64,000 nucleotides of DNA from Bifidobacteriaceae bacterium. Its GTDB lineage: Bacteria > Actinomycetota > Actinomycetes > Actinomycetales > WQXJ01. Below the pieces are notes generated by a model. It did not search any database. It was not told the DNA's origin and worked only from the letters and a program-made list of their open reading frames with translations. The translations under genes were made by a program, and so were the position numbers. Where the stretch lies: assembly GCA_031270825.1 (NCBI GenBank), contig JAISXH010000041.1:4514-68513 (forward strand). Direction: 5' to 3'. Position 1 is the stretch's first letter; each line of letters starts with the position of its first letter. Of the stretch, positions 27,514 through 37,298 are shown one piece after another.

Positions 27514-27993
27514 ATGACTATGACTGACAGCACCACCAAGGGCACGGCCCCACAGGCCGTCAAGCCCGCCGCCGGAGCCAAGGACTACTACGGCAACGAC
27601 ATCACCGTCCGCTTCGATTTGGCGCGCTGCCTCCATGTCGGCGTTTGCGTGCGTTCGATTCCAGCCGTCTTCGACACCAAGAGGCGCCCCTGGGTCCTGC
27701 CCGACGCGGGCGAGGCCGACCAGATCGCCCAGGTCGTCCGCCGCTGCCCGTCCGGCGCGTTGCATTACGAGTTCACCGATCCGGCACGGGGAGTCGAACA
27801 GGGGCATTCGCCTGTGACCGTGCGGACAGCCGAGGGCGAGCCGCTGTGGCTAGAAGGCGACATCTTGATCGCCAATGATGGCGAGGAGCTCCCGGAAACC
27901 CGGGCGGCGCTGTGCCGCTGCGGATCAACCGCCAACCGGCCCTTCTGCGACGCCTCCGGGCCCTGCACGCAATGGCGTCACCACGCCCACTGA
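27514..27993 (+). CDS. Fe-S protein: divergent 4Fe-4S mono-cluster domain fused to a CDGSH-like domain
   Basis: AAGGAG RBS. N-terminal ITVRFDLARCLHVGVCV...RCPSGALHY. C-terminal CRCGSTANRPFCDASGPC matches the CDGSH pattern except for Gly-to-Ala and the His position. Confidence 0.6.
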   Translation: MTMTDSTTKGTAPQAVKPAAGAKDYYGNDITVRFDLARCLHVGVCVRSIPAVFDTKRRPWVLPDAGEADQIAQVVRRCPSGALHYEFTDPARGVEQGHSPVTVRTAEGEPLWLEGDILIANDGEELPETRAALCRCGSTANRPFCDASGPCTQWRHHAH

Positions 27994-28207
27994 TCTGCCC
28001 CGGACCGGCGCGCCACCGCGGCGCCGCCGCCCCCAACACAACTGAAGCTTGAGCCGACATCCCCGTCAACAGTCTCGGCCCGGTGGGTTTACGCCTTTCC
28101 CTACCGCGTCGGGGCCGGGGACGTCCCTCGCCTAACGGCCAAACCGCGCCGGCGAGCCGAGTGTCCGCCCACTCGACCGCCGACGACGGCCACCAGGGTT
28201 CGGCTCA

Positions 28208-28247
28208 GGTCCGGTGGGACGGTCATTGGCGACCGGCCCACCGGGCC
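28208..28247 (+). terminator. long imperfect hairpin (17-bp stem with one G-U and one mismatch, loop ATTGGC)
   Basis: GGTCCGGTGGGACGGTC ATTGGC GACCGGCCCACCGGGCC, read directly. Lies about 215 nt downstream of the Fe-S gene stop. Its role as a terminator is uncertain. Confidence 0.35.
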
Positions 28248-28274
28248 ACTGACTCTTTGGACGGAAAACACCTA

Positions 28275-28302
28275 CCGAGATGTGACCTGGCTCACATCTC
28301 GG
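28275..28302 (-). terminator. perfect 11-bp hairpin (CCGAGATGTGA / TCACATCTCGG) followed on the minus strand by GGTGTTTTCC
   Basis: Read directly. About 110 nt downstream of the stop of the surface-protein gene. Confidence 0.5.
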
Positions 28303-28410
28303 TGCTACATTCCTAGGGAACGGATCGATCCGGCTGCCGCGCCAGCGCCCCACTTCGCCGGGCACAGGCGTGACTGCCGGACAGACCCGAATCAGTTCGC
28401 AGGGGCGGCC

Positions 28411-31086
28411 TCAGGCGGCAAAGAAGCCGCCTCGCCGCATCACATAGACGCCCAGTCCAGCCAGGCCGAAGATGCCAATCGCCATCAGGCTGAAGCCAAT
28501 CGTTTTCGAAGACAGACCCGCTGGCGGCTCCGGCGCGCTCAAATTGGGTCCGGCGCCATCGCCCTCATCGCCCGATCCGCCAGTCGAGTCGCTGGGCGAA
28601 GCCGTGGCCGACCTGCTGGCCGACCGGCTTGGGCTCGCCGAACTCGGGCTCGGCGGCACCACTGTTTCCTCGCCAGTCGGGTCTTGGCCGAAGCCGTCGT
28701 CAGGCGTCTCTTCATCAGTTGGATACGAACCACCAGAGCCACCGCCGGACTGGCCGACTCGAGCTTGGGTCGACGGCCCTGGCTGGGTCGCCCCGGCGGT
28801 GGGATTAGCCGGCGCTGGAGTGGAGGAGGCTCGGCTGGACGCACGCGCCGTCGGCTGCCCGGTCAGACCCGCGGTCGGCACCCGGGTCGGGGCCTGAGTC
28901 GGCGCCGCGGTGGGCGGGGTTGTCGGAGGCCGGGTCGACGTCTGGGAAGGGGTCGGCGTGACCGGTTGTGTTGGCAATCCTGTCGCCGGCGGCACATTGC
29001 CTTCTGCCGGGACCAGCCCTCGCACCACCGGCTGCCCGTCGGCGCCCAAGTTCAGCTCGGCCTCGATTCCGGCGATGGCGAAGACGATCGCCTCCTGAGC
29101 CGCGATCGACAGGGCCACATCTGGGTCGGCCAGCCGGATGGCGGGCAACTCGCCGCCTTCGGCCAGCCCGTCCACTTGCTCGATCACCAGCTGTCCAGCG
29201 CCTGTGAAACCGCTGGTCAATACCAAAGGCCAGCCCTGTCTGAGCAGCGCCACGCCGCCGCCCGGCTCGGTCCTGACGTCTCCTGAGACCCGCAAGTAGG
29301 CGTCGGCGACGGCCACGCCATCGGTTCCCAGCAGGCCCGCCCGGTTGCTGGCCGAGACCACCAGCGGCCCGTCCAACCCGACGGCGGAACCGCCGAAGGC
29401 CATCACGGCGCCACCTGCGCCGGCGGCCTGGTTGGCGCTCAACGACCCGCGGTCGAGGATCGCGGACGGGACGTCGTCCGGCGCCTCGGCCTGCGGCGCG
29501 GCGCTTAGGCGGCCGCCCCACTCGCTCTGGTCGACAACGGCCACGCCACCGCCGAATTCGGCGCTGTTGGACGCGATAGTCGGTAGTTCGGCCCCGGCCA
29601 CAGAGGCGTGATCGCCGCCCACGTCGAGGCGTCCGCCGTGGTCTGATCCCGGCTCGCGGACCACGGCCACGCCGCCGCCGCCGCCATCGACCTGATTGCC
29701 GGTGACAGACCCGCCGGCCAAGCGCATCGCGCCGGCGTTCAGCACGCCGCCGCCGAAGGCCGCTTCACCGTTGTCGGCGGCGACCACATTGTCGCGAATC
29801 GCTCCGCCGCTCATCCAGAAAACGCCGCTGGCGCGGTTCCACACCCCGGCACCGCCGATCGGTCCGGGGTCACCCGCCAATTCGGTGGCGTCAACCCGGC
29901 AGTCGGCGATGGCCGCGTCCGGGCCGACAATGTCGAGCGTGCCGTTGTTGACAACGCCGAAGGACTGATTGGCGTTGATCTGGGCGCCTTCGGCTAGGAC
30001 CAGACGACCGCCCGGCGCGACTTCGACAACCGGCGCATAGGCCTCGGTCGGCTGCGACCACGAGGCGTCCACGGTGATGTCTCTAAGAGTCAGGGTCGAT
30101 CCGGCCGGAACTGTGATCAAGGTCTGGCCGTGGTCGCGCTTGATCGGGCCGCCGGTCAGGGTGAGGTCGATGGCGTCGCCATCGGCGTCGGCGATGCTCA
30201 CAGACGCGCCAGCGCTGACCCCCGGCGGCAAGTCGAGCACAGCCTGGTCAACGGCCCCGGCGATGGCCTCTTCCAAGGTGGTGGGCTGGGGGTTCCCGGT
30301 CGGGGCCGGCGTGGGCGTGGCAGGGGGCGGGCTGGAAGGGCTCGGCGACGACCCGTTCGAATTGTCGGTCGGAGTCAGGCTGATCCATAAATCCCCGGCC
30401 TGGGACGGCACCGTGTTCACAACGCAGGTCCCCACGTCACATCGAATCGCGCTGTCGTCGACTAGGCCGAGGGCTCCCTCCACCAGCCTGGCCACCACCA
30501 CCGGAGCCGTCGGCCGCTCGAACCAAAGCTGAGATCCCGCGGCCAGCGCTCTGATGTCCAGCCGGCTGTGCGAATCGGTCACCGTGGCGAAGCCGCGACC
30601 GGCCTGGCCGAGCTTGATCAGGCCGCCGACTTCGGTCACCCCCTGGTTGATCAAATCGGTGGCCCTGACGCCCAAGGGGCCAACCCCCCGGATCTCAGCG
30701 GTGGCGCCGGGCTGAACCCAGATCGCGCCATCGACCGTGGTCCCGGAACCGCTCAAAGCCAGCTTGCCGTCCTCTTGGACGGTGACGGGCCCGGTCAGCG
30801 CGCTGTTGTCGGTCAACGTCAGCGAGGCCCCCGAGTTGACGATGAAGCCGCCGGTGATGTACATGGGGCCGCCGCTGATCTCGGTATCGCCGCGCACCAC
30901 GATGGGTCCGTCTTCCTCGCATCCACTGGGCACCACGACCACCCCACCGCGGTCGACCAGGGGCTGCAAACGGCAGCCGACGTTGGCGTCCGACGTCTCC
31001 GAGGCGACCACTGTCAGGCCGCCCAGAAGGCTCAGGCCGAGCAGGGCGACGCCGATGCGCCGTACCAACGCCATTTGAGGTTGCAC
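28411..31086 (-). CDS. large secreted, C-terminally membrane-anchored beta-helix protein with Pmp-like (GGAI / FxxN-type) repeats
   Basis: Signal peptide MQPQMALVRRIGVALLGLSLLGG. Repeats SGGAIRDN, FGGGVLNAG, GGGGGVAVV, EFGGGVAVVD and GAGGAVMAFGG. A Pro/Thr/Ser-rich stalk is followed by a terminal TM IGFSLMAIGIFGLAGLGVYVM plus RRGG. No LPXTG or LAXTG motif seen. Confidence 0.75.
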   Translation of the reverse strand: MQPQMALVRRIGVALLGLSLLGGLTVVASETSDANVGCRLQPLVDRGGVVVVPSGCEEDGPIVVRGDTEISGGPMYITGGFIVNSGASLTLTDNSALTGPVTVQEDGKLALSGSGTTVDGAIWVQPGATAEIRGVGPLGVRATDLINQGVTEVGGLIKLGQAGRGFATVTDSHSRLDIRALAAGSQLWFERPTAPVVVARLVEGALGLVDDSAIRCDVGTCVVNTVPSQAGDLWISLTPTDNSNGSSPSPSSPPPATPTPAPTGNPQPTTLEEAIAGAVDQAVLDLPPGVSAGASVSIADADGDAIDLTLTGGPIKRDHGQTLITVPAGSTLTLRDITVDASWSQPTEAYAPVVEVAPGGRLVLAEGAQINANQSFGVVNNGTLDIVGPDAAIADCRVDATELAGDPGPIGGAGVWNRASGVFWMSGGAIRDNVVAADNGEAAFGGGVLNAGAMRLAGGSVTGNQVDGGGGGVAVVREPGSDHGGRLDVGGDHASVAGAELPTIASNSAEFGGGVAVVDQSEWGGRLSAAPQAEAPDDVPSAILDRGSLSANQAAGAGGAVMAFGGSAVGLDGPLVVSASNRAGLLGTDGVAVADAYLRVSGDVRTEPGGGVALLRQGWPLVLTSGFTGAGQLVIEQVDGLAEGGELPAIRLADPDVALSIAAQEAIVFAIAGIEAELNLGADGQPVVRGLVPAEGNVPPATGLPTQPVTPTPSQTSTRPPTTPPTAAPTQAPTRVPTAGLTGQPTARASSRASSTPAPANPTAGATQPGPSTQARVGQSGGGSGGSYPTDEETPDDGFGQDPTGEETVVPPSPSSASPSRSASRSATASPSDSTGGSGDEGDGAGPNLSAPEPPAGLSSKTIGFSLMAIGIFGLAGLGVYVMRRGGFFAA

Positions 31087-31309
31087 GATAACCCATCTCC
31101 AGTGATTCCGCGATGCGGACTGTCAACAATCGAGATCAAAACTACCGTCCCAAACCATGCCGATCGCGGCCAAGGTTCAACAACTTAGGTAGAAATCAGC
31201 CAGCTTTCCCTTCCCGAGGCAGCCGGGGGCGGCCCTGAGGCTTCGTCTCAGAGCCCGTCTCGGCCTCGCGGCAGAGTCATGACGCCAGCGCCGTCGGCTG
31301 GCGCCATCC

Positions 31310-32776
31310 TCACTCGACCGCTTGTCGCACGCGCTCGGCGATCTGATGATCGATAGCCTCCCAGTAACTGAAGAACCGCTCCTTGACTTCTGGTCTGGTC
31401 AATGCGCGATATTGCCCGGCCAACGTGGCCACGAAACGTTCCCGGGCGGCATCGTCGAATACTTCGCGGATCATTGCCCCGGCCTGGCCGAAGTCGTCGT
31501 CCTCGGCGTGCAGGCTAGCGGCCGCCCGCACCAGCTCGCCGTCTGACTCCCAGCCCGGCGATTCCGAGGCCAGCTCAGGCGACGCCACCGGGCCGCCGAA
31601 TGAGTTCGGCGCGTACACCGGAGCCGTCGGCGAATCGACCGTGAAGCGCATGGCGCCGTCGCGGGTGTAGGAGTTGACCGGCGCTTTCGGCGCGTTGACC
31701 GGCAGCTGGGACGAATTGGCCCCCACCCTGTAGCGGTGGGCGTCGCGGTAGGCGAACACCCGCGCCAAGAGCATCTTGTCTGGACTGACGCTGATTCCGG
31801 GCACCAAATTGGACGGCGCGAAGGTGGCCTGCTCGATCTGCGCGAAGTAGTTCTCGGGATTGCGGTTGAGCGTCATTCGACCGACTTCGATCAACGGATA
31901 GTCCTCATGCGGCCAGACCTTGGTCAAGTCGAACGGATTGAAGCGGTAGGTCTTCGCCTCCTCGTAGGGCATGACCTGCACCTTCAGGGTCCATGAGGGG
32001 TATTCCCCGCGCTCGATGGCGTCCCACAGATCGCGGATGTAGTAGTCCGCGTCGGTTCCGGCCAGACGCTCCGCCTGCGCGGCGGTGATATTCCGAACGC
32101 CCTGGTCAGACAAGAAGTGGTACTTCACCCAAAAGCGCTCGCCGACGGCGTTGAGCCACTGGTAGGTGTGCGAGGAATAGCCTTGCATGTGCCGCCAGCT
32201 GAGCGGGACTCCCCGATCTCCCATCAAGTAGGTGACTTGCTGGGCTGATTCGGGCGACAGGGTCCAGAAATCCCACTGCATGTCCGAATCGCGCAGGTGC
32301 GAACCGGGCAGGCGCTTTTGCGAGTGGATGAAATCCGGGAATTTCATGCCATCCCGGATGAAGAAGACGGGCGTGTTGTTGCCGACCATGTCATAGTTGC
32401 CCTGGCTGGTGTAGAACTTCAGCGCGAAACCGCGCACGTCGCGCCAGGTGTCGGGACTTCCCAACTCGCCGGCCACTGAGGAGAAGCGGGCCAACAGCTC
32501 CGTCTCGGCGCCGACTTGGAACACCGCCGCCTTGGTCCAGGCGCTGACATCATTGGTGACTCGGAAAACGCCGAAGGCGCCGCCGCCTTTGGCGTGGACC
32601 ACCCGTTCGGGAACGCGCTCGCGGTTGAATTGGGCCAGCTTTTCGACCAGATAGGCGTCGTGGAGGGCGATGGCGCCGTCCGCGCCCACGCTCAACGAGT
32701 GCTCGTCCGAGGCGACCGGCTCGCCGCTCAGGGTGGTGGTGGGAGGCGCGGTCGGCTCGGTTGGGTTGTCGGTCAT
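31310..32776 (-). CDS. katA: monofunctional heme catalase
   Basis: 488 aa with [15 protein letters not shown] (distal His) and [12 protein letters not shown] (proximal Tyr). Confidence 0.95.
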   Translation of the reverse strand: MTDNPTEPTAPPTTTLSGEPVASDEHSLSVGADGAIALHDAYLVEKLAQFNRERVPERVVHAKGGGAFGVFRVTNDVSAWTKAAVFQVGAETELLARFSSVAGELGSPDTWRDVRGFALKFYTSQGNYDMVGNNTPVFFIRDGMKFPDFIHSQKRLPGSHLRDSDMQWDFWTLSPESAQQVTYLMGDRGVPLSWRHMQGYSSHTYQWLNAVGERFWVKYHFLSDQGVRNITAAQAERLAGTDADYYIRDLWDAIERGEYPSWTLKVQVMPYEEAKTYRFNPFDLTKVWPHEDYPLIEVGRMTLNRNPENYFAQIEQATFAPSNLVPGISVSPDKMLLARVFAYRDAHRYRVGANSSQLPVNAPKAPVNSYTRDGAMRFTVDSPTAPVYAPNSFGGPVASPELASESPGWESDGELVRAAASLHAEDDDFGQAGAMIREVFDDAARERFVATLAGQYRALTRPEVKERFFSYWEAIDHQIAERVRQAVE

Positions 32777-33300
32777 GATGGTGGCTCCTTCTTGCGGATG
32801 TCGGTGGTTTGGGTGGTTCGGGTAGCGGTTTGGTCGGTGGGTTGGGTGGTGGTTTGGTCGGTGGTTCGGCAGTCAGGGCACAGGCCCCAGTAGGTGACCT
32901 CGGCCTGGTCGATCAGGAAGCCGTGGTTGTCCGATGCCGTCAGGCAGGGCGTGTGGCCCACCGCGCAGTCGACGTCTTCGATCCGGCGGCAGACCCGGCA
33001 GATGACGTGGTGGTGGTTGTCCGCCGTGCGCGCTTCGAAGAGCCGGTTGTGCCCGGCCGGTTCGATCTGTCCGATCAGACCACGGCTCGATAGCGTCGCC
33101 AAGGCGTCATACACCGTCTGGGTGGCGACCGCGCCGAGCTTGGCCCGGACCGCCTGGGCGACGTGTTCGGCGTCAAGGTGGTCATCGGCCGCCAGCGCCT
33201 CGAGCACGGCCAGACGGGCTGGCGTCACTCGCAGGCGGGCGGCCCGCAGCCGCGCTTGAGGCTCTTGGCTCAACTGGGCGCGGGCTGCGGATGACGGCAT
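32773..33300 (-). CDS. Fur-family regulator (FurA/CatR/PerR-like) with a Thr/Gln-rich C-terminal tail
   Basis: wHTH plus HHHVICRVC...C...LCPDC metal-site motifs. Its stop overlaps the catalase ATG (ATGA). The tail is [22 protein letters not shown]. Confidence 0.85.
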   Translation of the reverse strand: MPSSAARAQLSQEPQARLRAARLRVTPARLAVLEALAADDHLDAEHVAQAVRAKLGAVATQTVYDALATLSSRGLIGQIEPAGHNRLFEARTADNHHHVICRVCRRIEDVDCAVGHTPCLTASDNHGFLIDQAEVTYWGLCPDCRTTDQTTTQPTDQTATRTTQTTDIRKKEPPS

Positions 33301-33357
33301 TGCTCAACCCTAGCAGATATTCTAGACTCATTCCAATCTACGATTTATTCTGATCAA

Positions 33358-34674
33358 ATGGGCCCGCTTTCGCCATCTGACCATCTCCCCGGCCGCCCCC
33401 GCCCAGCGCCCAGGTGTGACAGAGTTGACCCCGTGTCTGCCGCCCGGCCCAACACCCGCTGGTGGTGGCGCCGGCAGATGGCGCCCCGGCCCATCCAAGA
33501 GGCAGGACGCGCGTCGACCCCGCTCGAGCTGCTCTTCGACTTGGTCTTCGTGGTCGCCGTCGGCAGCGCGGTCAACCAATTGGCCGCCGGCGCCGGCTCG
33601 GGGGCGCTTGGCCGCTCGCTGGTCAGCTTCGCGATGGTGTTCTTCGCCGTCTGGTGGGCGTGGATGAATTTCACCTGGTTCGCGTCTTCCTATGACGTCG
33701 ATGACGGGCCCTATCGCCTGACCGTGATGGCCCAGATGGCCGGCGTCTTGATCCTGGCCGCCGGGCTGGTCGGGGCCTTCCGGGACTTCGACTGGACGGC
33801 CGGGACCATTGGATACGTGGTCATGCGGGCAGCCCAGATCAGCCAATGGGCCCGGGCGGCGCGCGGCGATCCGGAGCGGCGGACCACCGCGCGGCGCTAC
33901 GCCGTCGGCATCGGACTGGTCCAAGTGGGCTGGCTCGCCCGCCTGGCTTTGCCGCACAGCTTGGATTGGGCGGCGAGCTCGTTCCTGCTCCTGGCTGTGG
34001 CCGAGTTGGCGGTTCCGGCTTTCGCCGAACGGGCCCGGCCCACGGCCTGGCACCCGCACCACATCGCCGAACGCTACGGTCTGTTCACCCTTATCCTGTT
34101 GGGCGAATTGGCGACCGTGGCGGTGGCTGGCGTACAGGTGGAACTCGACTCCACCGGTCTGACCCCGGGGTTGACCGGCGTGTCCGCCGCCACCTTGGCG
34201 CTGCTGTTCGCCTTATGGTGGCTGTACTTCATGACACCCATGGCAAACCGGCTGGCTCACGACCGTGAACTGGCCTTCCCGTGGGGCTATGGGCATGTCA
34301 CCATTTTCCTGGCCTTGGCCGTTCTGGGTTCAGGGCTGGAACTCGCCGTCGAGGTGTCGCACGCCAACCATCTCCACATCGGCGTGGTCACAGTCGGCTA
34401 CTTGGTCTGCGGCCCGGTGGCACTGTTCGTGGCCGGGCTATGGGGCCTGGAAGCCTGGGCCGAACGGGCGCTATTCGGCCTGCCGCCGCTGGTGATCGCA
34501 ATAGCCGTGTTGCTGGCGGCGCCGTGGCTGGCCGCGACCGGCATCGGCGTCGCCGGCGCTGTCGGGGCGAGCGCGCTGGTCGCAGTCGTCTTGGTGGTCA
34601 TGGTCGTGGTGCGCCGGTCGGCCGACCCGGCCCCCGACACTCCGCCGCCGGCGCCGGCGCCAGCGGGTAGCTGA
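33358..34674 (+). CDS. low-temperature-requirement A (LtrA)-like integral membrane protein
   Basis: About 10 TM helices and an N-terminal STPLELLFDLVFVVAV motif typical of LtrA. The start (33358 or the internal Met at MAPRP) is uncertain. Confidence 0.7.
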   Translation: MGPLSPSDHLPGRPRPAPRCDRVDPVSAARPNTRWWWRRQMAPRPIQEAGRASTPLELLFDLVFVVAVGSAVNQLAAGAGSGALGRSLVSFAMVFFAVWWAWMNFTWFASSYDVDDGPYRLTVMAQMAGVLILAAGLVGAFRDFDWTAGTIGYVVMRAAQISQWARAARGDPERRTTARRYAVGIGLVQVGWLARLALPHSLDWAASSFLLLAVAELAVPAFAERARPTAWHPHHIAERYGLFTLILLGELATVAVAGVQVELDSTGLTPGLTGVSAATLALLFALWWLYFMTPMANRLAHDRELAFPWGYGHVTIFLALAVLGSGLELAVEVSHANHLHIGVVTVGYLVCGPVALFVAGLWGLEAWAERALFGLPPLVIAIAVLLAAPWLAATGIGVAGAVGASALVAVVLVVMVVVRRSADPAPDTPPPAPAPAGS

Positions 34675-34774
34675 CCGAAGGAAGTCTCCGGTTCCACGCC
34701 GACCAAGGCCGCCGCGTCGGCCGACCCCCGCGATGAAGGAGGTCTATCGATGCGAAACCGCATCCTCGCCGGGA

Positions 34775-35605
34775 TTAGAGGCGATCGCCGGAGCGGCCGG
34801 CGAAATCCTCCATCGACTCGTTGATGCCCAGTTGATCCGCCACCCAGTCGAAAGCGCCCACCGGCAAGAGGCGCAACATCGGCACGGTCCGGACCAGCGG
34901 CGGCATGATCAGCTGCTTGGACCCGCGCTCGATCCCGCGCAGAACGGCGCCGGCCACCCGGCGGGGCTCCAGAATCGGCAACAGCGCCGGGTAGCGGGAC
35001 TTGACGCCGGCGAACATGCCGGTGTCGATGTAAAAAGGACACACCACCATGGTGGCGACGCCGGCGCCCGCTTCGCGCAACTCGTTCCGGAGTGACTCGT
35101 TGAAGGCGATCGCGCCGGCTTTCGAGGCGGCATAGTCCGCCATCTTGGAGCCCGCCACCAGTCCCGCGGCCGAAGCCACCGTCACCACGTAGCCGGTCCG
35201 GCGCTCAATCATGCCGCCCAGGAAGGCCTGCGTCACCCAAAACAGCGACCGCAGATTGACATCCAGCGTCCGGTTGATCGACCCGGGCGGTTCTTCCAGC
35301 AGCGCCCGGCCCGAAACCACCCCGGCGTTGTTGATGACGATGTCGACCGGCCCGGTCCGTTCGGCGCCCGCCATCACCGCCTCGCGATCGGTGACGTCCA
35401 AGTCGAAGGCCTCCACCCGGCCGCCTTCGGCGGCGATCTCGCTGCGAACCGACTCGGCCCGCACACGGTCCAGATCCCAGATCGCCACCGTCGAGCCCTT
35501 GCGAGCGGCGCCGATCGCCATTCGCCGTCCTATTCCGCTGCCGCCGCCGGTGATCAAGACCCTGGCGCCTTCCAGCGCCAATCCCTCCTGACGGTACCTA
35601 TTCAC
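34775..35605 (-). CDS. short-chain dehydrogenase/reductase
   Basis: TGGGSGIG cofactor motif and YAASKAG catalytic YxxxK. The GTG at 35605 overlaps the ALDH stop (GTGA). Confidence 0.85.
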   Translation of the reverse strand: MNRYRQEGLALEGARVLITGGGSGIGRRMAIGAARKGSTVAIWDLDRVRAESVRSEIAAEGGRVEAFDLDVTDREAVMAGAERTGPVDIVINNAGVVSGRALLEEPPGSINRTLDVNLRSLFWVTQAFLGGMIERRTGYVVTVASAAGLVAGSKMADYAASKAGAIAFNESLRNELREAGAGVATMVVCPFYIDTGMFAGVKSRYPALLPILEPRRVAGAVLRGIERGSKQLIMPPLVRTVPMLRLLPVGAFDWVADQLGINESMEDFAGRSGDRL

Positions 35606-37200
35606 CTTCCCACCACCTTCCTGATCAGTTCGCCCGCAGTCGTGTGCAACCACCTCGAGGCGACCGTCATGACGGCGGCGTAGCCCGGGCGCGGGGCCCA
35701 ACTCGGCGGTCCGATCGCCAACAACCGTTCAGTCGCCACCGTTTGCGGCTCGGTGTACTTGAGCAGTCCCTCAGCCCCGTGGCGCCGCCCTAGGCCGGAG
35801 ATCCCGAAACCGCCCATCGGCGCGTCGGTCGAGCCCCAGGCGGCGGCGTAGCCCTCGTTGATATTGACGGTGCCCGCCCGCAGCCGTTCGGCCACCGCCC
35901 GGCCGCGCGCCGCCGAAGAGGTCCACACCGAGGCGTTCAAGCCGTATTCGGTGCCGTTGGCGGCCCGGATCGCCTCCTCGTCCGAATCCACCGGATAGAT
36001 CGACACCACCGGCCCGAAGGTCTCATCACCCCAGACCGTCATCGCTTCCGTCACACCGGTCAACACCGTCGGTTGGTAGAACAAGGCGCCCAGGTCCTCG
36101 CGCCGCTGGCCGCCGGTCAACACCACGGCGCCCTTGGAGACGGCATCGTCCACGTGCTCCATCACCTTGCCCAACTGGTCGGCGCTGATCAACGGGCCCA
36201 TGTCGACGTCCCAACCGCCGCCACCGCCCAGCACCAATTCGGCCGCGCGCGCCGCGAAAGCGCCCGCGAAGGCCTCAAACAGAGGCCGGGCCACATAAAT
36301 CCGCTCAACCGAGATGCACAGTTGGCCGCTGTTGGCGAAACAAGCCCGCACGGCGCCTTCGACCGCCCGCCCCAACGGCGCGTCGGCCAGAACCAACAGA
36401 GCGTTCTTGCCGCCCAACTCGGCGCTGCAGCCGATCAACCGCTCGCCGCACTGGGCCGCGATCGTCCGGCCGGTGGCGGTGGACCCGGTGAACATCAGGT
36501 AGTCGGAGCCGTCGATGATCGCCAATCCCAACTCACTGCCCGGCCCGGTCACGACCTGCGTCAAGTCATCCGGCAGGCCCGCCTGACGCAGCAGTTTGAC
36601 CAGGTAGAGCGCTGTCAACGGCGTCGCCGAGTCGGGTTTGAGGATGACCCCGTTGCCGGCCAGCAAAGCCGGCACCGCGTCCGAGACAGCCAGCGTCAAA
36701 GGATAGTTCCAAGGCGCGATCACCCCAACCACGCCTTTGGCCACGTAGTGCACATAAGTGCTGGTCAGCACCGGCAGCGCACCACGTCGCCGATGCCGTC
36801 CCAAGACCCGGGGCGCCTTGGCGGCGTAGTAGCCGGCAGTCAGCACCGCGTCCAAGAACTCCTCGAAGGCGTCGGTGCGGGACTTGCCGTTCTCGGCGTG
36901 GACCAGGTCCAGCAACTCGTCTCGGTTCGCCACCAAGGAGTCCTTGAACCTCTCGATCACGCCCCGCCGGCGGTCCAAAGACACCGCCGCCCAGCGCTTC
37001 CCGGCCGCCCGCGCGCGCCGGCCGGCCTCCCAGACATCGTCCGGCGCGCAAACCGGCACCCGGCCCAGCTCGGCTTGGTCGATCGGGCTGACGATCCGCC
37101 GCCAGGGCCGGGCGGCGACGCAGGTCACCTGGTCGGCCAGATCGTTCCAGGCCGGATCGACGCGGTAAAGCGCGGGATGGGGGGAAGTGACTGTGGTCAT
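35602..37200 (-). CDS. NAD(P)-dependent aldehyde dehydrogenase (succinate-semialdehyde DH-like)
   Basis: 532 aa with ELGGKN and the catalytic Cys context FANSGQLCISVERIYV. Confidence 0.9.
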   Translation of the reverse strand: MTTVTSPHPALYRVDPAWNDLADQVTCVAARPWRRIVSPIDQAELGRVPVCAPDDVWEAGRRARAAGKRWAAVSLDRRRGVIERFKDSLVANRDELLDLVHAENGKSRTDAFEEFLDAVLTAGYYAAKAPRVLGRHRRRGALPVLTSTYVHYVAKGVVGVIAPWNYPLTLAVSDAVPALLAGNGVILKPDSATPLTALYLVKLLRQAGLPDDLTQVVTGPGSELGLAIIDGSDYLMFTGSTATGRTIAAQCGERLIGCSAELGGKNALLVLADAPLGRAVEGAVRACFANSGQLCISVERIYVARPLFEAFAGAFAARAAELVLGGGGGWDVDMGPLISADQLGKVMEHVDDAVSKGAVVLTGGQRREDLGALFYQPTVLTGVTEAMTVWGDETFGPVVSIYPVDSDEEAIRAANGTEYGLNASVWTSSAARGRAVAERLRAGTVNINEGYAAAWGSTDAPMGGFGISGLGRRHGAEGLLKYTEPQTVATERLLAIGPPSWAPRPGYAAVMTVASRWLHTTAGELIRKVVGR

Positions 37201-37298
37201 GAGGCTCTCCTTCGATGCGGCGCGACCCAGACAAGCATAGAGAGGCCTGCGCCCCCATGTCTGCCCATCCGTCCAAGCCTCAAAACGGGCAGGCTTGG

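Noticed and set aside
28411-28560. LPXTG/LAXTG sortase sorting signal at the C-terminus of the large surface protein
   Set aside because: A hydrophobic helix plus RRGG tail is present, but no LPXTG-like pentapeptide precedes it. The protein is called tail-anchored instead.
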